Source: Armatimonadota bacterium (GTDB lineage: Bacteria; Armatimonadota; HRBIN16). From it: DNA of 64,000 bases. The stretch lies in the NCBI GenBank assembly GCA_963677485.1, contig OY781964.1, positions 940,391-1,004,390 on the forward strand, read 5' to 3'. Made by a program: the position numbers and the translations under genes. How positions within the stretch are numbered: position 1 is the first letter of the stretch; each line of letters starts with the position of its first letter. The notes under the pieces were generated by a model that was not told the DNA's origin, searched no databases, and saw only the letters and a list, made by a program, of their open reading frames with translations. Positions 10,411 through 20,282 of this stretch are shown one piece after another.

Positions 10411-12897
10411 GTTCACAGTGTGGTATGGGGTACACTTGGCACAGAGGATGAACCGTTAAGACAGATTCCCCTACCCTCAACAGGCAGACACTCGTTGGCA
10501 GCATATACATCACAATTTAGCAATACCGGCATACGAAGAGTTTTCGCGCTTTGCGTAGTGCTGTTGATTTTAATATCTGGCGCCGCTCATGCGCAGGTGC
10601 TCTACCGCGCGAACCTGCATGTACACACACAGGTCAGCAATCAACTCTCATTCTATGACGGGTTGGACGGCTACATCGAGTTCGACCATCGATTCACACA
10701 GTCTCCTACGGCCACACTCTCAAGTGCCGCAGCCGAGGGATTAAAAGTGGTGGGTCTGTCGGATCATGGCGGGTCTATCACATCGTCAGAATGGATTGAT
10801 CTGTCAACAGCCGTCGCTGCAAACACCACAGTGACAGGGCTGAGAGGCTTCGAGTGGACGGGGTCGAGTCACCTGAATGTCTTTGGCACGAGTTCCTACG
10901 CAGATACCGCCCGTTTCGGTAACGGAACCCCTCCATACGAGATCATGACCATACCGGAGTTGTATACCTGGCTCAAATCCGCTAGCATGGCCGATGAATA
11001 TGGATCCACGCCTGTCGTTCAGTTCAACCACATCAAATACGGCGATATGTTTGATGAGTTCGGCCATTGGGATGAGCAGATCGATCGCCTGATCTGTCTG
11101 GCGGAGCTTGGTTCTGCCCAAACCCCGTTCTACAGTCAAGCCAGCCATCAGGAACCACGCTTCCAAATGGCCCTGCAGGCGGGCTGGCATGTCGGACCTA
11201 CAATTGGTATCGACAACCAGACCGGTGTGGGCGATCAAGCCGCCACCCGCCACACCGGGGTGTGGGTAGATTCGGGCAGTGGAAGCGCTGGTGTGATGGA
11301 TGCTCTGCGGGAACGAAGGGTCTTTGCGAGCGAGGACAGGGATGTGTCCCTTCAGTTTCACGCCACGAACAGCACCGATGGCAAATCATACTGGATGGGT
11401 AAAACCATCCCATCTGATCCGAAAGGTACGCTCTTCTCTCTGACCGTCAACGACCCAAGCGGATACACGAAAGACGCCTTCGAATCCATCGACCTGATGA
11501 GTTCGTCGTCCAGCCAACCGGTCTATCGGTGGGGAAGCACCAATGCCACTAAAAACGACATATACCGAGAGGTTTATTTCACATCCAATCAGCTCAGCTC
11601 TATGGTCAAAACAGCGCGAGACGAAAACTGCTTCTACCTAAGGCTAAAGCAGAAGGGTGTGTTAGGTGTTGGGCAGGATTATATCTACTCAGCCCCTGTC
11701 TGGATCAAATACTGGACACCGGTCAGCGGAACAATCACCACAAATACCACATGGTCCCCGAAAAACAACCCCTACCTCATCAAGGGACTTGTATCCGTGG
11801 TGGCAGGCTGCACGCTCACGATACTGCCAGGTACGGTGGTGAAATTCGCCGATAGTGCCAGCAAGATCACGGTAGAAGGCAGCATCTCAGCTAATGGCAC
11901 CGCTGGATCACCTATCCATTTCACCAGCTTCAAAGATGATACGGTTAGTGGCGACACAGACCACGACACTGCCACCCCAGCTGCTGGTGACTGGTCGCAG
12001 ATTAATATCACTGGAGCTGGAGCACAGGGTTATTTTGGCCACTGTATTGTGCGATATGGAGGGTTTGGCAGCTCTGGGCCATCGGCCAGTCTGGTATGCA
12101 GCGGCGGAGCTTCACTCACCGTGACCAACTGTTCCGTAATCTCCAGCAATGCCAGCGGGGTTTATTCGAATGCACTCGGCACGACACTCAACAACAACAT
12201 CATCGCCTACTGCTCGTCAAGTGGCATAGTGCTGAATGGCGGATCTAGTTCATTAACCTATTCTGACACATGGCAGAATGGGGGCGATGAAATCCTGACC
12301 AGTGGAACATTAACCGCAGGAAACATCCACTTGGATCCCCTGTTTGTCTCAAATGTCGCTGGTGATTTCCGACTTCAGGCAGGATCACCTTGCATAGACA
12401 CAGGCGATCCGTTGATTATGGACGCTGATGGTTCGCGATCCGATATGGGAGCGGCCTCCGTGATGAGCCCATCAAGCCCGGCATCGCTGGAGCTGACCAT
12501 CAATCCAGGCGGTGGATATCTCGGTGCTCTGGGTGGTGTGGTACTTCACTACAGCTTAAGCGAGGTGAACACCTACTCCGGCACCCTGGTACCGGACCAC
12601 TCAGGGAAAGCGTGGATAACCGGTATTCAGAATGGCCGATATGACCTAAGAATGAGCAGCAGCCACTGGCTGACACGCCTCATCAAGAACATCGACATCA
12701 GCCAGGATACCAGCCTGACGGTGTCGCTCACCAATGGCGACGCCGATGGTGACAACCAGATCAATCTGTTTGACTTCGTAGTGCTTGACCAGCACTTCGG
12801 CACATCGGACTCAATGGCTGACCTGGACGGCAGCGGACAGGTGAACTTGTTCGACTATGTGATCATCGACCAGAACTTCGGGGCAAGGGGCGACTGA
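10411..12897 (+). CDS. Secreted multidomain protein: N-terminal PHP-type (CehA/McbA-like) metallohydrolase domain, parallel beta-helix region, C-terminal type-I dockerin domain
   Basis: Signal peptide VFALCVVLLILISGAAHA-Q; PHP motifs ANLHVHTQVS and GLSDHG; Gly/Ser/Thr/Asn-rich beta-helix-like repeats; C-terminal duplicated Ca-binding dockerin repeats DADGDNQINLFDFVVLDQHFG / DLDGSGQVNLFDYVIIDQNFG. Start uncertain (ATG 10411 or in-frame TTG 10495); ORF-track start 10369 lies inside the upstream terminator. Confidence 0.6.
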   Translation, partial: VHSVVWGTLGTEDEPLRQIPLPSTGRHSLAAYTSQFSNTGIRRVFALCVVLLILISGAAHAQVLYRANLHVHTQVSNQLSFYDGLDGYIEFDHRFTQSPTATLSSAAAEGLKVVGLSDHGGSITSSEWIDLSTAVAANTTVTGLRGFEWTGSSHLNVFGTSSYADTARFGNGTPPYEIMTIPELYTWLKSASMADEYGSTPVVQFNHIKYGDMFDEFGHWDEQIDRLICLAELGSAQTPFYSQASHQEPRFQMALQAGWHVGPTIGIDNQTGVGDQAATRHTGVWVDSGSGSAGVMDALRERRVFASEDRDVSLQFHATNSTDGKSYWMGKTIPSDPKGTLFSLTVNDPSGYTKDAFESIDLMSSSSSQPVYRWGSTNATKNDIYREVYFTSNQLSSMVKTARDENCFYLRLKQKGVLGVGQDYIYSAPVWIKYWTPVSGTITTNTTWSPKNNPYLIKGLVSVVAGCTLTILPGTVVKFADSASKITVEGSISANGTAGSPIHFTSFKDDTVSGDTDHDTATPAAGDWSQINITGAGAQGYFGHCIVRYGGFGSSGPSASLVCSGGASLTVTNCSVISSNASGVYSNALGTTLNNNIIAYCSSSGIVLNGGSSSLTYSDTWQNGGDEILTSGTLTAGNIHLDPLFVSNVAGDFRLQAGSPCIDTGDPLIMDADGSRSDMGAASVMSPSSPASLELTINPGGGYLGALGGVVLHYSLSEVNTYSGTLVPDHSGKAWITGIQNGRYDLRMSSSHWLTRLIKNIDISQDTSLTVSLTNGDADGDNQINLFDFVVLDQHFGTSDSMADLDGSGQVNLFDYVIIDQNFGARGD

Positions 12898-13089
12898 GAC
12901 CCGCACGGGCAACCATGCTTCGACACTGACGGGCAACCACGGGGGGTTGCCCGTACCCTCCGCGACCTCCGCGCCTCCGCGTGAGGTATCGTTCCCATTC
13001 TTTCCTCCTGTCTTCTCCCTCCTAAATTCTCGAATGTTCTGGTACCATACTGTCAGAACAAACCGAACAGGCGGAGGATATCGCACGCC

Positions 13090-14415
13090 ATGAAAATCGC
13101 AACCCTCGTTGCAGTAGGAGCCCTTATGTCTACGCTCAACGCACCCTCTTTTGCTAAGGTGTCCGTCAACGGGCCATGGTCAGTGACCGTGGCTGCCGGC
13201 AATTACTCGGTAGATGGCAACTGGCACCACGTAGCCAACACCCAGGTTCTCGACGTTGCACCACCAGAACTCATCACCATCAAGGACGAGGCCGCCAAGC
13301 TCCCCACCGATCCCGGCCCTGTGGCCGGCTGGACCAGGGGTTACCGTCCCACCAAGCTGATCACCCAGGAGTGTACCGCTCCCTACGTGCTCAAACAGAG
13401 CTCCGTGGTGATCAAAGCATCTGCAGACGCCAGCGAGAGCTACGTCAAAGGCAAGGATTTTGATATCGAGCCGATGTGGAACACCATCTGGCGCACAGCC
13501 AACAGCAGCATCCCCGCCGATGCCACCAGCTACATCACCTACACCTACGGTCAGAGCCGCCTCGACTCTATCGTGATCGATGCACAAGGTGTAGCCAAAA
13601 TCGTGAAGGGCAAACCCGCCGTTTGGGAGGTGGCACCACCAGCTACCCCTAGAGGCAGCACGTTGATCGGCAGAATCTGGGTGCGCGGTGAGCTGACTCG
13701 GTTGGCTGAGAATGACATATACAATGTCACCGCCACACGATTATCTACGAAAAAGATGGCTCCATTGGCCGCCAAATTCACCCCGAAGGCCCTTGAGAAA
13801 CTGAAGACAGGCCAGCCGCTCACCATCCTGTTCTGGGGTGACAGCGTCACCGCAGGCGGCGGACCCACCGAAGAGATGCGCTTCCCACACCAGGCGGTAC
13901 GTATGCTGAAGAAGGCCTTCCCGAAGGCGAACATCAACTACACCATCAACGGCTGGGGCGGACGCACAAGCCATAACTTCATCATCGAGCCCTCTGGCAG
14001 CCAGTTCAACTTCCAGGAAAAGATAGTAGACCCCAAGCCGGACCTGGTGATCAGCGAGTTCATCAACGACACCGGTCTGCCCCTTGATATGGTTCAGACC
14101 GAACACGAGATGATTAAGAAGAAGTTCGCGGAGAACGGCACCGAATGGGTGATCCTCACTCCGCACTTCAGCATCTTCCAGGTGATGGGTGACCCGTCTG
14201 CCCACGTTGATAAAGAAACTCGCCCGGTCGTACTCTACTGGCGCAAGTTCGTCCAGCCCGGTATCGGTCTAGCCGATGCCGCCGCCCGGTATGAGCACTT
14301 CCCCAGCGAAGGTATCCCCTTTATGACCCTCATGGCGAACAGCATCAACCACCCCAACAACTGGGGCAACACGGTGTTTGCTGAGGCGATTCTGAACTAC
14401 TTCACCGGGAAGTAG
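13090..14415 (+). CDS. Secreted SGNH/GDSL-family hydrolase with N-terminal domain of unknown function (paralog A)
   Basis: Signal peptide MKIATLVAVGALMSTLNAPSFA; C-terminal half has GDS block ILFWGDSVTAGGG, GWGGRT and INHPNNWG blocks of SGNH hydrolases. Confidence 0.65.
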   Translation: MKIATLVAVGALMSTLNAPSFAKVSVNGPWSVTVAAGNYSVDGNWHHVANTQVLDVAPPELITIKDEAAKLPTDPGPVAGWTRGYRPTKLITQECTAPYVLKQSSVVIKASADASESYVKGKDFDIEPMWNTIWRTANSSIPADATSYITYTYGQSRLDSIVIDAQGVAKIVKGKPAVWEVAPPATPRGSTLIGRIWVRGELTRLAENDIYNVTATRLSTKKMAPLAAKFTPKALEKLKTGQPLTILFWGDSVTAGGGPTEEMRFPHQAVRMLKKAFPKANINYTINGWGGRTSHNFIIEPSGSQFNFQEKIVDPKPDLVISEFINDTGLPLDMVQTEHEMIKKKFAENGTEWVILTPHFSIFQVMGDPSAHVDKETRPVVLYWRKFVQPGIGLADAAARYEHFPSEGIPFMTLMANSINHPNNWGNTVFAEAILNYFTGK

Positions 14416-14514
14416 GGTGAACCTCTACCAACATGCTCAACTTGGCAATATTGCCAGGTTGAGCATTCCAATCCTCGGCACATAACAATAACCACCAGCA
14501 AAGGAATATCCAAT

Positions 14515-15840
14515 ATGAAGTGGAACGCCCTTCTTCTGTCAGGAGCAGCTATTATCTCAATGCAAACAATATCTGCAGCAAAAGTGATCATTTCGGGTGA
14601 TTCTGAAATCACCGTGCAGGCCGGTACCTATACCATTGATGGTAATGCACACCGTGTGAACACCTCGCAAAACTTGAGGCTCACACGGCCCCAGCGTGTG
14701 ACGGTCCAGAATGAAAAAGCGGTCATACCTACCGATGCGGGTGCCAATGCACCTTTCTGGGCACGCGGTTATACCCCGGGCTGGCTGGCCCCAGGCGGGA
14801 TCGCTGCCTACCAGGGCTTGCGCTCACAAAGCATCAAGTTGAAGTCAGCAGATGGATCGGTGCCCTACGCACGCGGCCTTGATTTCGATACCGACCCCAC
14901 CTGGGGCACCATCTGGCGCACCCCAAACAGCAGCATGGTCGATGGCGCGACCAGCTTGCTGACCTACACCTACAACCAGTGCCGGATCGATTCGATCGTA
15001 ATCGACGCTCAAGGCATCGCCCGAGTCATTGAGGGCAAGACGGGGGTCTGGGAAGTCATGCCCCCTGAAACGCCGAAAGGTGATACCCTCATCGCACGCA
15101 TATGGTGGCACGGTGACGCCCAAAAGCTGACTGAAGAGCAGCTATACAACGTGACTGCGACCAAAATGCCGGTCCAAAAAGGCAACCCGCTGGCGGCAAC
15201 ATACACACCAAAGGTTCTGGCTAAGCTTCAAAACGGTGGTACAGTCAACATCACCTTCTGGGGCGACAGCGTCACCGATGGCGGTTCTGCCACCGAAGGT
15301 ATGGGATTCCAGCACCAGTTCATCCGCATGCTCAAAAAGGCCTTCCCGAAAGCGAACATCAACTACGTCACCAACGCCTGGGGCGGACGGACCACCCATG
15401 CTTTCCTGACCGAACCCAGCGGAAGTGCCTACAACTTCAAGGAGCAGATACTTAGTAAAAAGCCAGACCTGGTGGTCAGCGAATTCGTGAACGACACCGG
15501 CCTGCCTATGGATATGATTGAGAAGGACTACGCTCAGATTCAACAGGATTTCGCTGCGAACGAGATTGAGTGGCTCATCATGACTCCTCACTTCACGACG
15601 TTCGAGGTCATGAGCGGAAACACCTGGCGAATATCAAAAGAGGCCCGCCCAGTGGTTCTCTACCTCAGGAAATTCGCCAAACCGGGGATCGGTGTAGCAG
15701 ATGCGTCCGCACGTTACGAGCATTTCGACAGTGAGGGCATCCCCTTCGCCAGCTTCATGGTGAACTCCATCAACCACCCGAACAACTGGGGTCATAAAGT
15801 GTTCGCTGAGGTGCTGCTGAACTACTTCACCGGCATGTAG
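14515..15840 (+). CDS. Secreted SGNH/GDSL-family hydrolase (paralog B; identical length, about 55% identity to 13090..14415)
   Basis: Signal peptide; ITFWGDSVTDGGS, AWGGRT, INHPNNWGH; colinear similarity with paralog A over all 441 aa. Confidence 0.65.
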   Translation: MKWNALLLSGAAIISMQTISAAKVIISGDSEITVQAGTYTIDGNAHRVNTSQNLRLTRPQRVTVQNEKAVIPTDAGANAPFWARGYTPGWLAPGGIAAYQGLRSQSIKLKSADGSVPYARGLDFDTDPTWGTIWRTPNSSMVDGATSLLTYTYNQCRIDSIVIDAQGIARVIEGKTGVWEVMPPETPKGDTLIARIWWHGDAQKLTEEQLYNVTATKMPVQKGNPLAATYTPKVLAKLQNGGTVNITFWGDSVTDGGSATEGMGFQHQFIRMLKKAFPKANINYVTNAWGGRTTHAFLTEPSGSAYNFKEQILSKKPDLVVSEFVNDTGLPMDMIEKDYAQIQQDFAANEIEWLIMTPHFTTFEVMSGNTWRISKEARPVVLYLRKFAKPGIGVADASARYEHFDSEGIPFASFMVNSINHPNNWGHKVFAEVLLNYFTGM

Positions 15841-15974
15841 GGGCCACCCTTGTGGTGGCCCGATATCCGGTGGCCTTGACCATCAGGGCCGGCACAAGGC
15901 ACGGCCCCTACGGTGGCACCGCGCATGCACCGCAGTAGGGGTATAATCTGGGCGTAAGCACGATAAAACGAGAG

Positions 15975-17546
15975 GTGTCTATGCAACCAGTTGTCACCGC
16001 ACAGCAGATGCACGAAATTGACCAAATCACCATACAGCAATATGGAATCCCAGCCATTGTGCTGATGGAGCACGCCGCGCTCAGCGTGGCGCAGGCCGTC
16101 GAACAGCATTGGGGCCATCTGCACAACCAGCGTATGCTTGTGTTCTGCGGTCACGGCAACAACGGCGGTGACGGCTTCGCCATCGCACGCCTTGCGGCCC
16201 ACCGAGGGGCGAAGGTCTCCATTCTGTTTTCGGGTAACCTCGAGCGTATGAGTAGTGAGACCAGCACCAACTTTCAGGCAGCCAAATTGCACGGCATCCC
16301 CATACTGGAAAGTGCCGATTGTGATCTGGAGGAAGCGATTAAGGCAGCAGATATCCTCGTCGACGCGCTGCTGGGAACCGGCACCTCAGGAATCCTGCGT
16401 GAAGAGACACAACAACTCGTGGGCCTCATCAACCAACGGCCCGAGCCGTCCAGACTGGTAGCGGTGGACATCCCCACCGGGTTACAGGCTGATAACGGAC
16501 AGATTCTGGGTCAAGCGGTGCAGGCTGACCTTACAGTCACTTTTGGCCATCGTAAACCGGCATTGTGCATCACCCCCGGCATCACCTACTGTGGCAAGGT
16601 CGTCGTGGCGGACATCGGCATTCCGGCTCAGGCAATTCTGCAGGTAAAACCAGCCATCTTCTGGGTTGGTAAGTCAGCCCTGCAGTCACTGATGCCCCTT
16701 CGCCCTGTCGATGGCCACAAAGGCATTTTCGGCCACACGTTGATCGTAGGCGGCAGCGTGGGCTTCGCAGGCGCCCCCATTCTGGCCGCGTCAGCAGCGA
16801 TCAAAGCTGGTGTGGGGTTGTGTTCGGCTGCGATACCGGATAGCTATGTCACAGCAGGACTGACCGTAGAGCCAGGTGTGATGTGGCACGGCATGGGGTT
16901 GCACTCAGAGCATCTTGGCAGCGAAAGCGAGGTGGCTTTGCGTAAGCTGAGTGAGCAAGTGAAGTCGCTAGCCATCGGCCCGGGGCTGGGGCAGCATCCT
17001 GAGACGGTGAAGCTGCTGCTCCACTTGCTGGAAGCGCAGCTCCCCGCGCTGGTGTTGGATGCCGATGCGCTGAACATACTGGCAGCCCACTCATCGCTGG
17101 TGAGTCACCAACTCTCTGAGAGGCAGGTCGTGCTCACTCCCCACCCCGGTGAACTGGCCCGGCTGATGGGCATTGGTATCCCTGAGATACAACAGGACAG
17201 AATCGCATCGGCACGGGCATCGGCAGCACAGTATCAAAGTGTGGTGGTGCTGAAGGGTGCTCACAGCGTCATCGCCGCACCAGATGGGTCAACCTACATC
17301 ATCGCCACGGGTAACCCGATCCTGGCGGTCGGCGGCAGCGGCGATGTGCTGACAGGGATCATCGCGGCCCTGATGGCGCAAGGGCTGCCCGCACTGGAGG
17401 CGGCGATCCTCGGCAGCGGATGGCATGGTCTGGCTGGCGATGTGGCAGCAGAGAACCTTGGGCAGGCTGGAGCCAGTCCAATAGATATCATACGAGCCAT
17501 CCCATTGGCCCGATTGCGCTGCTTACCTCAGGAGGATTCCGCGTGA
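15975..17546 (+). CDS. nnr: Bifunctional NAD(P)H-hydrate repair enzyme Nnr (epimerase + ADP-dependent dehydratase; YjeF N/C)
   Basis: YjeF-N motif FCGHGNNGGDGFAIARL; C-terminal carbohydrate-kinase-like domain GGSVGFAGAPILAA, GDVLTGIIAAL; TATAAT -10 element about 30 nt upstream. Confidence 0.88.
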   Translation: MSMQPVVTAQQMHEIDQITIQQYGIPAIVLMEHAALSVAQAVEQHWGHLHNQRMLVFCGHGNNGGDGFAIARLAAHRGAKVSILFSGNLERMSSETSTNFQAAKLHGIPILESADCDLEEAIKAADILVDALLGTGTSGILREETQQLVGLINQRPEPSRLVAVDIPTGLQADNGQILGQAVQADLTVTFGHRKPALCITPGITYCGKVVVADIGIPAQAILQVKPAIFWVGKSALQSLMPLRPVDGHKGIFGHTLIVGGSVGFAGAPILAASAAIKAGVGLCSAAIPDSYVTAGLTVEPGVMWHGMGLHSEHLGSESEVALRKLSEQVKSLAIGPGLGQHPETVKLLLHLLEAQLPALVLDADALNILAAHSSLVSHQLSERQVVLTPHPGELARLMGIGIPEIQQDRIASARASAAQYQSVVVLKGAHSVIAAPDGSTYIIATGNPILAVGGSGDVLTGIIAALMAQGLPALEAAILGSGWHGLAGDVAAENLGQAGASPIDIIRAIPLARLRCLPQEDSA

Positions 17547-18838
17547 AACTGCATCTAGCTGCTGCCATTTCCGTGTTCATGATCACCGCTCAGATGGCGA
17601 TGGCCCTTCCGAAAACCCTGGAGGTGCAGTTCCCTCAGGATCAAACCGTGTGGATGTGGGTTGAGGGATCCGAAAATCAACCCTTCACGCCGCCCCAGAG
17701 GGCAGATGGCGGTCAGGCCACCCTCAAACTGGACGCTGTCAACAAGCGATTTGGGGCCGACGCCGAACTCAAAACATCTGCCGCCCACCTCTGCGCACTC
17801 AATACAGACACAGGCAACCTGGCCATCAAGCCGATCGCCATCGACAGCAACGAGGTGGTGGTGCGTAATGAAGATTTCAAGTACATCAACCGCCTCACGA
17901 TCCGCGTGATTGACAGCAAAGGCTACGCGGTGTCCAGTGCTGTGTTGACGATCAGCGACAGCACTGGGAAAAGCCAGTCGATGGTGCTAACGCCCAGCCA
18001 TGGCGGCCATCTGGATGTGTTCCGAATGCGCACAGGCAAGATCAATCTGGCTGGTAAATACGGCGACAACCTCTCGGCTGTCATCGAGGCGGACGTCAAC
18101 GCGGATCGTGCCGACCCCGTGCCGGTCATTAAGATGCTGCTCAGCAGCGGAGCATCTGTGCTGAGCACCAAACCCGGCGAGGCGTCCTCACCGGCATCCG
18201 AATCCGAGCCCACTGCGAAGAGCCAGCAATCGGCACCCGTGCATCCATTAAACGTGTTGCTGGGTTTATTGGTGCTGGCAGGAATTGGATATGGAGTCTA
18301 CCGGGTGTTAAAAAACCGCGATGCCAGCCTGAGCGGCGTTTTGAAACAGCTAGGCGTGGACCCCAACGCGGAAGAGCAGATACCACCCCTGAAAGCCATA
18401 AAACCTGAAGGCAAGGCACCTGAAGGTGTGAAAGTGCCAGAGGGCCACTGCCCCTTCTGCGGCAAACCCAAAGAAGAATGCGAGTGTAACAAGCCCGCTC
18501 AGATGCCCGTATCGGCCCCCAGCATCGCCTCTACCGCGAAGTTTGCGGCATCGCCGGTTTTGGTAGGGGTATCCGCGAATGTGGGCTCTGTGCGGTTCAC
18601 TGTGCCGGAGGGTGAGAGTATCCTGGGGCGCGACTCGAGTTGCCAATTGGCCATCGGTGATGACAGCACGGTCAGCCGACTGCACCTACAGTTGGTCTGG
18701 CAGGCCCAGACGCTGACTGCGAAGGACCTGGGTAGTGCCAACGGCAGCCGTGTCAATGGGCAGACGCTAACTCAAGCCGAACTGCACCCAGGCGATATGC
18801 TGCAACTGGGCACCACAGTATTGCGTGTGGAAGGCTAA
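17543..18838 (+). CDS. Single-pass membrane protein with extracytoplasmic N-terminal domain, cytoplasmic CPFCGK zinc-ribbon motif and C-terminal FHA domain
   Basis: GTG start overlapping nnr stop (GTGA) with AGGAGGA SD 6 nt upstream; signal/TM AAISVFMITAQMAMALP; TM VLLGLLVLAGIGYGVY; CPFCGKPKEECEC; FHA core GRDSSCQLAIGDDSTVSRLHLQL...GSANGSRVNGQ. Confidence 0.6.
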   Translation: MKLHLAAAISVFMITAQMAMALPKTLEVQFPQDQTVWMWVEGSENQPFTPPQRADGGQATLKLDAVNKRFGADAELKTSAAHLCALNTDTGNLAIKPIAIDSNEVVVRNEDFKYINRLTIRVIDSKGYAVSSAVLTISDSTGKSQSMVLTPSHGGHLDVFRMRTGKINLAGKYGDNLSAVIEADVNADRADPVPVIKMLLSSGASVLSTKPGEASSPASESEPTAKSQQSAPVHPLNVLLGLLVLAGIGYGVYRVLKNRDASLSGVLKQLGVDPNAEEQIPPLKAIKPEGKAPEGVKVPEGHCPFCGKPKEECECNKPAQMPVSAPSIASTAKFAASPVLVGVSANVGSVRFTVPEGESILGRDSSCQLAIGDDSTVSRLHLQLVWQAQTLTAKDLGSANGSRVNGQTLTQAELHPGDMLQLGTTVLRVEG

Positions 18839-18841
18839 CAT

Positions 18842-20257
18842 ATGTTCAAACGGGTTTCACTCAGCGTGATACTAGGCCTTGTGGGCGGAATCGCCACTTT
18901 CGTCATTCAAGAACTGCTGGTCGACAACAAAGCGATCATGGGTGGAAGCATCACAGCGGCGCGAGAAAGCTTTGTACAGTCTCTAATCATTGGTGCTATC
19001 ATGTGCTTTTTTCTAGGCAGTGCGGACCGATTAGGGCGTAATGACACCCGCGGAGCACTACGGCAAGCTAGTTGGGCTGCCTTGTTAGGTCTTCCTATCG
19101 GTTTCATCGCATTGAACCAGTCAAACAGGCTTTACACTGATCTGAGTATTCTACTTGGCAATCCGGTGGTTCATGGCCAAGCAGGTCTAGGCGGGTATGC
19201 ATTGGACCTGGTTCCACGCGCACTGGGGTGGATGGTGTTAGGTTCCTGGTTAGGATTATCTGCGAGTATTCCGGGTTGGTCATTCCGACGTTGTTGGCAC
19301 GCCTTTATGGGTGGTGCAATAGGAGGAGTAGTCGCAGGTGTGTTATTCACACTACTGGCAGCAAGCATCGGTAGTATATACGCCGGCCTATCGGGCAGAC
19401 CCAATGAAGCGGTTGAGGTCGGCGTCTTCGGCCGAGCGGTGGGCTTTACAGTGATCGGCGGAGCCGTAGGACTGCTGATGAGCCTCATGAAGGAGATGCT
19501 GAAGAGTGCCTGGATTGAAGTGATCCTGGCCCGCAACGAGACGCAGGAGTTCCCCATCGACAAAACACGCAACATGATCGGCCGATCCGAAACGGCAGAT
19601 GTGCCTCTGTATGCTGACCCTGCCATTGCCCCCAATCAAGCGGCCATCCTCTGGACAGATGGCGCATTCGTGCTGCAGAATTTGAATCCCCAAACAATCG
19701 TCAGCGTTAATAATGGAGCACCTGGCGGGTTGAAGCACGGTGATGTCATCCGCATCGGCAGCTATACCCTCAGGTTCTGCGAAAAGAAGGGACGCGTCCC
19801 GTCTGCAGTTCTCGACAAGGCGAAGGCAGCCCAAAAAGTGTTGGCGGACCCGTCGGGGGCCTGCCCCTTCTGCGGAAAAATCCCCGATGTCAAGACGGGG
19901 CAGTGCCAGTGCTCCGCCACGACGGCACCGCAGCCCATGCTGCCCGCTTCAACCACAAGCGCGAACGCGAGTGCAGCAGCCGAAATCCGGATAGTGAACG
20001 GCGCGCTGAGTGGGCATGTGCTTCGGCTTCAACAAGCCGTGGCCATTGGACGCGACGCCAGTTGCCAACTACAGCTCACGGAAGATACGCTGGTCAGCCG
20101 TCGGCACGCACGCCTTGAGCCCCGCAACACCGCCTGGGTGGTGATCGATGAGGGCAGTAGCAACGGCACTTATGTGAACGGCAGCCGCGTGCAGGAGAGT
20201 GCGATCAAGCCAGGTGACATACTGACGATCGGGCATACCACACTACAAGTGGGCTAA
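18842..20257 (+). CDS. Polytopic membrane protein (about 6 TM helices) with two cytoplasmic FHA domains separated by a CPFCGK zinc-ribbon motif
   Basis: Hydrophobic segments in first 220 aa; FHA1 IGRSETADVPLYAD...ILWTDGAFVLQNLNPQ..VNNG; CPFCGKIPDVKTGQCQCS; FHA2 IGRDASCQLQLTEDTLVSRRHARLEP...SSNGTYVNGSRV. Confidence 0.6.
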   Translation: MFKRVSLSVILGLVGGIATFVIQELLVDNKAIMGGSITAARESFVQSLIIGAIMCFFLGSADRLGRNDTRGALRQASWAALLGLPIGFIALNQSNRLYTDLSILLGNPVVHGQAGLGGYALDLVPRALGWMVLGSWLGLSASIPGWSFRRCWHAFMGGAIGGVVAGVLFTLLAASIGSIYAGLSGRPNEAVEVGVFGRAVGFTVIGGAVGLLMSLMKEMLKSAWIEVILARNETQEFPIDKTRNMIGRSETADVPLYADPAIAPNQAAILWTDGAFVLQNLNPQTIVSVNNGAPGGLKHGDVIRIGSYTLRFCEKKGRVPSAVLDKAKAAQKVLADPSGACPFCGKIPDVKTGQCQCSATTAPQPMLPASTTSANASAAAEIRIVNGALSGHVLRLQQAVAIGRDASCQLQLTEDTLVSRRHARLEPRNTAWVVIDEGSSNGTYVNGSRVQESAIKPGDILTIGHTTLQVG

Positions 20258-20282
20258 GGTTGTTGGGGCGTTTGTAGGTAAC

